DNA of 40,419 nt from Bacillales bacterium UBA5578. Lineage in GTDB: Bacteria > Bacillota_I > Bacilli_A > RF39 > UBA660. Where the stretch lies: contig DIMA01000012.1 in assembly GCA_002425325.1 (NCBI GenBank), positions 24,341-64,759 on the forward strand. The letters run 5' to 3'. Positions 10,594-19,494 of the stretch are shown here, one piece after another. A program made the translations under genes and the position numbers. Position 1 is the first letter of the stretch. Every line of letters starts with the position of its first letter. The notes under the pieces are model-generated. The model worked only from the letters and a program-made list of their open reading frames with translations. It did no database searches and was not told the DNA's origin.

Positions 10594-10604
10594 AATACTC
10601 CCCC

Positions 10605-11150
10605 TTATAATACTTTATTAATTATATTTTTTATTAAATTACCTATTTCTTCATCACTTAAAATTATACTTTTACAACATAATTGTGTTGCAATACCATG
10701 TGTATAAAATCTAACATCACGATAAACTTCTTCTGCCTTTTCTAAACTAATATTATATTGTTTTGATAAAGCTATAATTGTATCTCTATTCCATGAAGAA
10801 TTAACTACATCTTTAACAGTTCTAGAACCTGCTAATGATGTAATAAATAGTGCATGAAATATATTAGGTTTATAACTCGCAAATAATGCATATGCATAAC
10901 TAATAGTATATAAATAGTTATCTTTATCTATATATTGATTTATAAATATTTCATACTCATCATGTAAATATTTTTTTAAATCTTTTTTAAATAAATCCAT
11001 ATTAGAAAATAATCTAAATATAGGTTGTGTTGAACATCCTATATATTTAGTTAATGATCTAACATTTAAATCATATATACCATATTCATCTACATATTCA
11101 CTTGCTTTTTTTAATATATAATCCTTATCAAAACTCTCTTTTCTTGCCAT
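10605..11150 (-). CDS. TetR/AcrR family transcriptional regulator
   Basis: MARKESF...LNVRSLTKYIGCSTQPIFRLF HTH; YTHGIA C-terminal motif. Confidence 0.88.
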   Translation of the reverse strand: MARKESFDKDYILKKASEYVDEYGIYDLNVRSLTKYIGCSTQPIFRLFSNMDLFKKDLKKYLHDEYEIFINQYIDKDNYLYTISYAYALFASYKPNIFHALFITSLAGSRTVKDVVNSSWNRDTIIALSKQYNISLEKAEEVYRDVRFYTHGIATQLCCKSIILSDEEIGNLIKNIINKVL

Positions 11151-11165
11151 AATATCACCTCATTA

Positions 11166-11234
11166 AATAACAGTTGTTATTAAATTATCATATTATTTTT
11201 ATAAAGTCAATATATAAAATAACATTTGTTATTT
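11166..11234 (-). promoter_or_regulatory. Two palindromic operators flanking the promoter of the TetR-methyltransferase pair
   Basis: AATAACA-gt-TGTTATT (11166-11181) and AAATAACA-tt-TGTTATTT (11217-11234) flank a minus-strand TTGACT (11210-11205) 17 bp from TGa-TAATTT. Confidence 0.75.
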
Positions 11235-11271
11235 ATTTTTTGATAAAAAAAAAGATTATTAATAATCTTTT

Positions 11272-12651
11272 CTATTTTTTTATTTCAAAGTAGAATGTTG
11301 TTCCACTACCTTCTTTTGATAAAACACCATAATTATATCCTAAATTAATCATTGTACTTTTAACAATAGATAACCCTACCCCAGTACCATATTTATTTCT
11401 TTTATGTTTCTTATCAACCTTATAATATTTATTCCATATTAAATCTAAATCTGATTCTTTAATACCAATACCATGATCAATTACTTCTACCCTAATTGTA
11501 TTATTATTATCAATAATATTAATAATAACAACTTTATCTTCTCCTATATAATTAATAGCGTTATTAACTAAATTATATATAGCTTGTTCTAATTTTTTAT
11601 AATCACTTTTTACAATAATATTATTATTAGAGTTTATTATAAATTTATATCCTTCTTTAGTTAAAATATCAAATTTAGAAATAATACTAGTTACTAAATC
11701 ATATAAATTAAATTCAGTTATATTAATATCATTAATATTAGATTCTAATTTAGACAATTCTAAAATATCATTTACTAATAATGTTAATCTATTAGTTTCT
11801 TCAATTATTATATCTAAGTCTTTTTCTCTATTAACTTTCTTATTAGAATCTATATCTTTAGCAGCTTCTGCATATGCTTTAATTAATGTTAAAGGTGTTT
11901 TAAGATCATGTGATACATTAGCTAATAACTCTCTTCTTAATTCATCAGTTTTAGATAATTCTAATGAAGTATTATTTAATGTTGTAGCTAATTCATCTAT
12001 TTCTAATATTTTAGTATTATTATCAAATACTACACCTTTTTTACCTATGTTTTTAGCATTTTTACTTAGTTTAATTATTTGAAAAGAAAGATTTTTTGAT
12101 AAAAAATAAGAAACTATAACAGCCATCGCTAATATTATAATAGCGATATATATAAATTGTGATTTTAATAATTTAATACTATCATCAATTGGTTCGATTG
12201 ATGTATTAACAAATAAATAAGTATTATCAGCAATCTTTTTACCTGATATTAATGTTTTATTATTAAAATTAGGATTAGTTATTTCTGCTTTAGCTACTTC
12301 TCCATTAGTAATAATAAAATTTTCTTCAAATTGTAGTATTGCTCTATTATTTCTAAACATACATTTTCTATTTCTTCTACTTGAAGAATATTCAATCTTA
12401 TTACCAACAACTAATTCTATACATACATCATTATTTAATGATATATCTTCAAAATATTGTTTATAATTATCATTATTATAATTTTTATTTAAATCATTCA
12501 TAATAACTTTCAATTGTTTAGTTCTATAAGATTCATAATATATATTTAAAAACGATATTTGGAATATATATAAAAACAATAATAAAACAGCACTAAATAT
12601 AATTAAATAAATTAATATTTTATCAGCAATAGACTTCTTACTTCTCTTCAT
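11272..12651 (-). CDS. HAMP-domain sensor histidine kinase
   Basis: Two TM segments; ANVSHDLKTPL H-box; NLVNNAINY; GTGVGLSIV. Confidence 0.93.
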   Translation of the reverse strand: MKRSKKSIADKILIYLIIFSAVLLLFLYIFQISFLNIYYESYRTKQLKVIMNDLNKNYNNDNYKQYFEDISLNNDVCIELVVGNKIEYSSSRRNRKCMFRNNRAILQFEENFIITNGEVAKAEITNPNFNNKTLISGKKIADNTYLFVNTSIEPIDDSIKLLKSQFIYIAIIILAMAVIVSYFLSKNLSFQIIKLSKNAKNIGKKGVVFDNNTKILEIDELATTLNNTSLELSKTDELRRELLANVSHDLKTPLTLIKAYAEAAKDIDSNKKVNREKDLDIIIEETNRLTLLVNDILELSKLESNINDINITEFNLYDLVTSIISKFDILTKEGYKFIINSNNNIIVKSDYKKLEQAIYNLVNNAINYIGEDKVVIINIIDNNNTIRVEVIDHGIGIKESDLDLIWNKYYKVDKKHKRNKYGTGVGLSIVKSTMINLGYNYGVLSKEGSGTTFYFEIKK

Positions 12652-13300
12652 ATTTATATCCTACACCTCTTACAGTTCTTATTAAATTTCTATATATACC
12701 TAATCTTTTTCTTAATGTTTTAATATGAGTATCTATAGTTCTATCATCACCATAAAAATCATATCCCCATATTTCATTAATTATTTGTTCTCTTGATAAA
12801 GCATGTGTTTTATTTTTAATAAAATATATTAATAATTCATATTCTTTTGGTGTTATTTCTATTTCTTTATTATCTATAAGTAGAGAATGAGCCTTATAAT
12901 CTACTTTTAATGTTTTATATGTATAACAATCAATATAAGTATTACTTCTTTTTAATATAGCTTTAATTCTTGCTATTAATTCTTTTGGTGAAAATGGTTT
13001 AGTTACATAATCATCTACACCCATATCAAACCCATTTAATTTGTCATATTCTTCACTTCTAGCAGACAATATAATAGTAGGAATATTTTTTAAATTTTTC
13101 ATTTCTTGGTAAGCAGTAAATCCATCTTTATTAGGCATCATAATATCTAATATAACAATATCTATATCATCATTACTTTTAAATTTATTTAATGCATCAT
13201 TACCATCAACTGCTTCTATTGTAGAAAAACCTTCGTTTTCACAATAATTTTTTATTATATCTCTTATTAATTCTTCATCATCTACTATTAATATTTTCAT
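12638..13300 (-). CDS. OmpR/PhoB-family response regulator
   Basis: ILIVDDE, LDIMMP, DYVTKPFSPKEL, RTIDTHIKTLR, IRTVRGVGY; overlaps the kinase start. Confidence 0.95.
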   Translation of the reverse strand: MKILIVDDEELIRDIIKNYCENEGFSTIEAVDGNDALNKFKSNDDIDIVILDIMMPNKDGFTAYQEMKNLKNIPTIILSARSEEYDKLNGFDMGVDDYVTKPFSPKELIARIKAILKRSNTYIDCYTYKTLKVDYKAHSLLIDNKEIEITPKEYELLIYFIKNKTHALSREQIINEIWGYDFYGDDRTIDTHIKTLRKRLGIYRNLIRTVRGVGYKYEEK

Positions 13301-13337
13301 AATACCACCAACATCTTTTATTATACATTATATTATT

Positions 13338-13486
13338 AAAAAAGATGCATAGCATCTTTATTTTATTTAAAAAAAGAAGAAAAATAAGAAGAAGAAGTAT
13401 ATTTTAGTAAGGTTTGTATAGTCAATAACTATTCCTAGAGAATTGTTTAATGGATTTCATCCATTTTACTTCTTATTTCTCTTCCT
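13338..13486 (-). ncRNA. Candidate structured small RNA or 5' leader (about 120-150 nt)
   Basis: 5' GGAAGAGAAAUAAGAAG pairs with 3' CUUCUUAUUUUUCUUCU (17 bp, two G-U pairs on this strand); internal hairpin AAUGGAU-GAA-AUCCAUU; terminator AAAGAUGC-UAU-GCAUCUUU plus U-run at 13359-13338; -10 TATATT at 13498-13493; no ORF longer than 12 codons. Confidence 0.55.
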
Positions 13487-13492
13487 GTAATA

Positions 13493-13535
13493 AATATACC
13501 TTACAAATGTGAAATTTATATGAAATATATGTTAA
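13493..13535 (-). promoter_or_regulatory. Three 11-bp-phased direct repeats (OmpR/PhoP-type box) plus a -10 element
   Basis: Minus strand TTAACA-N5-TTCATA-N5-TTCACA (plus-strand 13530-13535, 13519-13524, 13508-13513), then 9 bp, then TATATT. Confidence 0.65.
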
Positions 13536-13558
13536 AATATTTAAATGAGAGTGATAAT

Positions 13559-14086
13559 ATGGAAAAGAAAAAGAAAAACAAGATAAAACTTAAAATTATT
13601 GCTGGTTCAATTATAAGCGTTTTAACTTTAAATACTGTAAGATTAGTTAATAATGAAGCAAATATTACTTCTTTACCAATAAAATATTATCAAACTTATG
13701 AAGATGATTATAAATACGCTACATATAAAAATGGTGATGTATATATAATAGATAGTAGAAAAGATTTAGGTAATATTTCATATAATGACAATGATATCAT
13801 AATAATTGATTATCGTGAAAATGAAGATATAATTGTAATGGATTCATATAAAATTGATGATGTTAACATAAGAAATCAAATCATAGATATAATATTTCAT
13901 TATACTGAAAAATATCCTACAGATATTAAATGGCAAAGAACTAGAGATTCACTATTAAATGAATGGTATGTACATAATATTTTATATGATTTAAATTTAT
14001 ATAGAGATCATACAGAAGATGTAGACTTTGAAAATAATGAAGAAGAAGACTATAGTTTATTTTTTTTCAAAAGAAAGATAAAATGA
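13559..14086 (+). CDS. Hypothetical protein with N-terminal membrane anchor/signal
   Basis: ATG 13559 after a GAGAGTG RBS; basic N-terminus then hydrophobic IIAGSIISVLTL; C-terminal motif-like WQRTRDSLLNEWYVHN...DVDFENNEE. Confidence 0.75.
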   Translation: MEKKKKNKIKLKIIAGSIISVLTLNTVRLVNNEANITSLPIKYYQTYEDDYKYATYKNGDVYIIDSRKDLGNISYNDNDIIIIDYRENEDIIVMDSYKIDDVNIRNQIIDIIFHYTEKYPTDIKWQRTRDSLLNEWYVHNILYDLNLYRDHTEDVDFENNEEEDYSLFFFKRKIK

Positions 14087-14088
14087 TA

Positions 14089-14117
14089 TTTACAAGATAA
14101 AAATATAGTGATATAAT
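14089..14117 (+). promoter_or_regulatory. Near-consensus sigma-A promoter with extended -10
   Basis: TTTACA (14089-14094), 17 bp, TG-a-TATAAT (-10 at 14112-14117). Confidence 0.7.
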
Positions 14118-14121
14118 TTAG

Positions 14122-14192
14122 ATACAGTGGAGGTAATCCACACCAAGATAAAAAGACTTAATAAGTTAACATTAAATCTTTTTATTTTTTTT
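14122..14192 (+). ncRNA. Candidate small RNA (about 65-70 nt)
   Basis: Follows the promoter; hairpin GUGGA-GGUAA-UCCAC, then AUAAAAAGA...UCUUUUUAU stem and a U-run; no start codon or downstream plus-strand gene. Confidence 0.4.
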
Positions 14193-14890
14193 TACAATAA
14201 AAAATCTAAACATAACATAAATAGAAAACCAGTATAGAATGATAATATAGTTTTATTATCATTTTTTTGTGGTATTAATTCAGTTATTACTACATATAAC
14301 ATAATTGATGCTGAACCCGCTAAAAAATAAACTACTACACTATCAAATATATTAAATAAATAATAAGTTAAAATACATGCTATAGGTTCTACTATTCCAG
14401 ATAATACACCTAATATTATAGATTTAAATTTACTATAACCTAAAGATCTATAACTAAGTGCTACACTACTCCCTTCTGGTATATTTTGTAATGCTATACC
14501 TATAAATAATGAAATTAAAGAAGATAAAGTAATATTCCCATTAGCATACATAACAGAACTTAAACCTACTAATATACCTTCTGGTATATTATGAATTGTC
14601 ATAGCCATAAATAACATATTATTACTTTTATTTACTGAATACTTATCTACTAATTTATCTAAATACATTATTATACATAAACCAACTACTAAACCTATAA
14701 CTACTTTTATAAAAGAAAATTCTAAAGCTGGAATTAATAATGAAAATATAGTAGACGATAACATTATTCCACCTGAGAAAGATAAACAAATATATAAATA
14801 TTTTTTATTAATTGGAAATAATGATACTATTATTGCGCCTATACTAGTAGTAAACCAAATTATTAAACCACATAATATTGTTAATAACAT
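14192..14890 (-). CDS. ZIP family metal (Zn/Fe/Mn) transporter
   Basis: MTIHNIPEG and IALQNIPEG motifs; SGIVEPI; ITELIP. Confidence 0.9.
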   Translation of the reverse strand: MLLTILCGLIIWFTTSIGAIIVSLFPINKKYLYICLSFSGGIMLSSTIFSLLIPALEFSFIKVVIGLVVGLCIIMYLDKLVDKYSVNKSNNMLFMAMTIHNIPEGILVGLSSVMYANGNITLSSLISLFIGIALQNIPEGSSVALSYRSLGYSKFKSIILGVLSGIVEPIACILTYYLFNIFDSVVVYFLAGSASIMLYVVITELIPQKNDNKTILSFYTGFLFMLCLDFLL

Positions 14891-14936
14891 AAAATCACCG
14901 CTAGTATATAATATTAAAAATTAAAAAAAATGTTAA

Positions 14937-14962
14937 TAAAAAAAAGCAGATATTATCTGCTT
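14937..14962 (-). terminator. Intrinsic terminator after aquaporin
   Basis: aagcaga-tatta-tctgctt with an A-run on the plus strand (U-tail on minus). Confidence 0.65.
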
Positions 14963-15821
14963 ATTTTGTTTCTTTTTTTGTCTTAGTTGTTTTTGGTTTT
15001 GTTGTTTTTTTAGTTGTAGTTTTTGTAGTTTTCTTAGGAGTTTTTTCAGATGTTGATTTTTCTGCTTTTACAACAACAGTTTCTTCTTTTTTAACTTCTT
15101 TTTTTGGTTCTTCTTTTTTAACTTCTTTCTTTGGTTCTGGTTCAACATCAACAAAGAAACTAGCTAATGCAGCAAATGCAGCACCAACTAATGGTCCAAC
15201 GATGAATACCCATACTTGAGTTAATAATGTTAAATCATTAGATTTTAAACCAATTAATAATGCTGGTGCAAAAGAACGAGCTGGGTTAACTGAAGTACCA
15301 GTTAATTTAATTCCTAAAATATGAACTAATGTTAATGTAAGTCCAATAACGATTGGAGCTACAGCATCGTTTTTCTTTTCTTTAGTTACACCTAATACAG
15401 CAAATACGAATACAAATGTTAAAATGATTTCAGTTACTAATGCTCCTAACATTGTAATTCCATTACTAGCAGTAGAAGCAAAAGTATTTTGTCCTAAACC
15501 TACTGTAGTAAAATCACCAATTGCTGTACAATTCATGATTAATATTAATAATAAACTACCTACGATAGCACCTAAAGTTTGTGCTAATACATAGAAGAAA
15601 AAGTCTTTTCCACTAATTCTTTTATCAATCCACATTGCAAAAGATACAGCTGGGTTAACATGACATCCAGATACCTTTCCAATTGTATAAGCAACAGCAA
15701 CAATTGATAAACCAAATGCTAATGATGTTGCCACTAAGTCAGCTTCTGTAAATACAGCTACTCCACATCCAAATAAAACCAAAACGCAAGTTCCTAAAAA
15801 CTCACAAAGATATTTTTTCAT
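14961..15821 (-). CDS. MIP family channel (aquaporin Z-like) with Lys/Thr-rich C-terminal tail
   Basis: EFLGT, SGCHVNPAVS and TSVNPARS (two NPA motifs); tail of about 60 aa EPKKEVKKEEPKKEVKKE...KKTTKTTTKKTTK. Confidence 0.92.
   Translation of the reverse strand: MKKYLCEFLGTCVLVLFGCGVAVFTEADLVATSLAFGLSIVAVAYTIGKVSGCHVNPAVSFAMWIDKRISGKDFFFYVLAQTLGAIVGSLLLILIMNCTAIGDFTTVGLGQNTFASTASNGITMLGALVTEIILTFVFVFAVLGVTKEKKNDAVAPIVIGLTLTLVHILGIKLTGTSVNPARSFAPALLIGLKSNDLTLLTQVWVFIVGPLVGAAFAALASFFVDVEPEPKKEVKKEEPKKEVKKEETVVVKAEKSTSEKTPKKTTKTTTKKTTKPKTTKTKKETK
15084..15137 (-). repeat. 27-bp tandem duplication (EPKKEVKKE x2) in the aquaporin tail
   Basis: 15084-15110 and 15111-15137 are identical except for one synonymous base. 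Confidence 0.85.
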
Positions 15822-15895
15822 TATATCTTACTCCTTTCACCAACATTTTAGCATATTTTAAAATATAAAGTAAAGTTTTATTAAAAAAAAACTAA

Positions 15896-17929
15896 TTATT
15901 CATTAGTTTCTTCTGTATAATCACAATTACTACATTTAATTGTGTTATTTTTTAGTGTTAACATATTGTTACATTCTGGACAATTTTTACCAATAGGTTT
16001 ATCCCAATATGCTGTTTTACATTTTGGATAATTATTACATCCATAGAAAATTTTCCCTTTTTTACTCTTTTTTTCAACTATTTTACTACTACAATTTGGA
16101 CAATCACATACTTCTACAATATCTTTTGGTTCAGTCTTAATATATTTACACTCTGGATAATTACTACAAGCAGTAAATTCTCCATATTTTCCTTTTCTAA
16201 TTACAAGTGGATGACCACAATTTGGACAATCTTCACCAGTTTGTTCTGCCTCTTTTTTTGGCATAGCATCAAATGCATTTTTTACAGCTGGTTCAAATTC
16301 ATCATAGAATTCTCTTAAAACTTTTATCCAATTTTCATTTCCCTCTGCAATTTTATCTAGATCAGTTTCCATATTTGCAGTATATTCAACATTTATTAAA
16401 TGACTAAAACATTGTTGTAATTTATCTGTAATTTCAATACCTACACTAGTTGGAACAAATTTCTTTTCTTCCAATATAGCATAGTTTCTTTTCTTTAATA
16501 TATCCATAGTAGTAGCATATGTACTAGGTCTACCAATTCCTAATTCTTCCATTTCTTTAATTAACTTAGCCTCAGTATATCTAGCTGGTGGCTTAGTAAA
16601 ATGTTGTTCATGTTCTATACTATTACTAGTTAATACTTCTTTTTCTTTTAAATCAGGTAATATAGCATCTTTAGTATCTTCATAATCACTATATACTCTT
16701 AAATAACCATCAAATACAACTATTTGACCTGTTGTTTTAAATTGATAATTATTATTATCTAAGATAATTGTTGTATTTTCAGTTTGAGCACTCTTCATTA
16801 ATGAAGCTAATGCACGATAATATATCATACGATATAATTTATATTCATCATTTGATAAATATGGTTTTACACTTTCAGGTGTTCTATTAATACTAGTAGG
16901 TCTAATACCTTCATGTGCATCTTGTACATTTTCTTTTTTCTTAGATTCTTTTACATATCCAATATAATCTTCACCATATTTTGAAGCTATAAATGCATAA
17001 GTAGATTTAATAAAATCATCTGATAAACGAGTAGAATCAGTTCTCATATAAGTAATAAGTCCGACAGTTTCATCTTCTAATTCTACACCTTCATATAATT
17101 TTTGCGCTATTTGCATTGTCTTTTTTGCATTAAAATTTAATTTATTAGAAGCATCTTGTTGTAATGTACTTGTTATAAAAGGATATTTAGATTGTTTATT
17201 TTTTAATTTTTTATCTACATTTACAACTTCAAACTTATCATCTAATTTACTTAATATATCATTTACTTCTTCTTCAGATTTAATTTCTAAATCTTCATTA
17301 TTATAATTAAATAATTCAGCATCAAAATTATCAAAAATACCTTTAATAGACCAATATTCTTCTGGAATAAATGCTTCAATCTCTCTTTCTCTATCTACAA
17401 TTAGTTTTAAAGCAACAGATTGTACACGACCAGCACTAGATCCATCTGTTTTAGATTGAATTAATTTACTCAATCTAAAACCTATAATTCTATCTAATAT
17501 TCTTCTAGTTTCTTGACTATTAACTAAATCTTTATCAATCTTACGACTATGTTTAAATGCTTCTTTAACAGCACCTTCTGTAATTTCATTAAAAACTACT
17601 CTTTCATAATCTTCATCTTTTAGTTTTAAAACATCATACAAATGCCAACTAATTGCTTCCCCTTCACGGTCAGGGTCGGTAGCAAGATATATATGTTTAG
17701 CTTCTTTAGCATCTTTCTTTAATGATGTAATTACACTACTCTTACCTTTCATTGGAACATAATCTGGTTTAAAATCATTATCTACATCTACACCAAATCC
17801 AAATTTACCTTTAGTTGATAAATCTCTAACATGTCCTTTTGAAGATACAACTTTATAATCACTACCTAAATACTTTTCTATAGGTTTGGTTTTACTTGGT
17901 GATTCCACTATAACTAAATTTTTTGACAT
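15896..17929 (-). CDS. topA: DNA topoisomerase I
   Basis: LVIVESPSK, ATDPDREGEAI, SAGRVQS, LITYMRTDS (catalytic Tyr), GIGRPSTY; C-terminal C4 zinc ribbons. Confidence 0.97.
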   Translation of the reverse strand: MSKNLVIVESPSKTKPIEKYLGSDYKVVSSKGHVRDLSTKGKFGFGVDVDNDFKPDYVPMKGKSSVITSLKKDAKEAKHIYLATDPDREGEAISWHLYDVLKLKDEDYERVVFNEITEGAVKEAFKHSRKIDKDLVNSQETRRILDRIIGFRLSKLIQSKTDGSSAGRVQSVALKLIVDREREIEAFIPEEYWSIKGIFDNFDAELFNYNNEDLEIKSEEEVNDILSKLDDKFEVVNVDKKLKNKQSKYPFITSTLQQDASNKLNFNAKKTMQIAQKLYEGVELEDETVGLITYMRTDSTRLSDDFIKSTYAFIASKYGEDYIGYVKESKKKENVQDAHEGIRPTSINRTPESVKPYLSNDEYKLYRMIYYRALASLMKSAQTENTTIILDNNNYQFKTTGQIVVFDGYLRVYSDYEDTKDAILPDLKEKEVLTSNSIEHEQHFTKPPARYTEAKLIKEMEELGIGRPSTYATTMDILKKRNYAILEEKKFVPTSVGIEITDKLQQCFSHLINVEYTANMETDLDKIAEGNENWIKVLREFYDEFEPAVKNAFDAMPKKEAEQTGEDCPNCGHPLVIRKGKYGEFTACSNYPECKYIKTEPKDIVEVCDCPNCSSKIVEKKSKKGKIFYGCNNYPKCKTAYWDKPIGKNCPECNNMLTLKNNTIKCSNCDYTEETNE

Positions 17930-18170
17930 TCTTTTCACGTCCTTTTATCTATTCATATTTTATACACTATAATATTTCTTTTGTCAAATAAATTTTATCT
18001 TTATTTATAAATATATGTAAAAGATTTAATTTAATAACTAAAATATAGATATTTTATTATTTTTTAATACCAAATTAACCGTTATTTTCTTTAATTTTAG
18101 TATTTGTTCATTAGTGACAAAACATATATATTATGATATAATTTATTAATGTAAAGGGAGTGTGATATAG

Positions 18171-19421
18171 ATGATACTAAAAGAATTAAGTAATGATGAA
18201 TTTAATCGTTTTGCAGAAAAATTTATGTTATCATCTATGTATCAAACAGCAGAATATTCAATGGTTATGAAAAACCAAGATTATGAAACTTTTTTAGTAG
18301 GATTAGTAAATGACACTAACGATGTAATGGCTGCTACGGTAATACTAATTGAAAGACTTGGAAAGTTCAAATATGCTTATGCTCCTAAAGGATATTTAGT
18401 TGATTTTACTAATTATGAATTATTAAGTGAATTTAGTAATGAAATAAAAAAATATTTAAAAAGAAAAAATTGTATCGCTATTAAGATATGTCCTCTTATA
18501 GCAAAAACAAAATATACACCAAGTACTAAAATAAAATTAACTAATCCATCATATGAAAAATTATATGATAATTTAAAAAAATTAAAATATTATCATTTAG
18601 GTTATAATAATTTCTTTGAAAGTTTAAAACCTAGATTTGAATGTATTGTAGAATTAGATAAAGATCCTGTTAATATGTTTAATAAACTACCAGATGATAT
18701 AAAAATGAAAATAAGAACTTGTGATTTAGCTGGTATTAGAATATATAAAGGAAATGAAAACAATCTAGATTTTATATATGAACAAATGAGAGAAAAAAAT
18801 GATAAAGGTAAAACATATGTAAATGATATGTATTATAACTTTAATAATACTGGAAAAGTAGATGTCTATTTTGCACAACTTGATACTAAAGCATTCTTAA
18901 TTAATACACAAAAAGAATATCAAAAACAAATACAAATATGTAATCAAATTACTTCAAAATTATTTGAAAATCAAGGCAAAAATAACAATGACGTAATTTC
19001 TTTAAAAATTAAAGAAGATAATAAATTATCTCAAATAAAAAATCAATTAGTATACGCTACTAACCTATTAAGAGAAAATCAAAATGGTATTGTTATAGCA
19101 TCTATAATGGTTATTAAACATAGAGGACAAGTATATTTAACATTAGATGGTTATGATAAAAAATATGAACACTTATGTGCTCAAGATTTATTAATATGGA
19201 AATTAATGGAAAAATATGGTTCTCTAGGATATAGAGAATTAAACTTAGGTGGTATATCTAATCCAAATGTTTATAATGAAAAATATTCACCTAATACAGA
19301 ACATAAGTTAAGTTTTAACTCTAGTTCAATTGAATACGCTGGAGATTTTGAATTAATAGTAAATATGCCTTTATATTCTATTTATAGAAATTCAGCTCCA
19401 CTTAGAAAAGTATTTAAATAA
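18171..19421 (+). CDS. FemAB/MurM-family peptidoglycan interpeptide bridge aminoacyltransferase
   Basis: YAYAPKGYLVD, LGYNNFFESLKPRF, coiled-coil insert, NLGGIS, EYAGDFEL. Confidence 0.88.
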   Translation: MILKELSNDEFNRFAEKFMLSSMYQTAEYSMVMKNQDYETFLVGLVNDTNDVMAATVILIERLGKFKYAYAPKGYLVDFTNYELLSEFSNEIKKYLKRKNCIAIKICPLIAKTKYTPSTKIKLTNPSYEKLYDNLKKLKYYHLGYNNFFESLKPRFECIVELDKDPVNMFNKLPDDIKMKIRTCDLAGIRIYKGNENNLDFIYEQMREKNDKGKTYVNDMYYNFNNTGKVDVYFAQLDTKAFLINTQKEYQKQIQICNQITSKLFENQGKNNNDVISLKIKEDNKLSQIKNQLVYATNLLRENQNGIVIASIMVIKHRGQVYLTLDGYDKKYEHLCAQDLLIWKLMEKYGSLGYRELNLGGISNPNVYNEKYSPNTEHKLSFNSSSIEYAGDFELIVNMPLYSIYRNSAPLRKVFK

Positions 19422-19450
19422 AAACTATAAGAATTATCTTATAGTTTTTT
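19420..19450. terminator. Bidirectional terminator between femAB-like and tuf
   Basis: aaaaactataaga-atta-tcttatagttttt. Confidence 0.8.
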
Positions 19451-19494
19451 TATACAAAAAAAGTAAATCATATGATTTACTTTTCTAAATATTA

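Noticed and set aside
13423..13464. Tiny minus-strand ORFs inside the candidate RNA (MDEIH*, MKSIKQFSRNSY*)
   Set aside because: Too short and without a well-spaced RBS; cannot be supported as leader peptides from sequence alone.
14127..14162. Resemblance to a preQ1-I riboswitch (short stem plus A-rich tail)
   Set aside because: The loop is only 5 nt, lacks the conserved residues, and there is no downstream gene on that strand.
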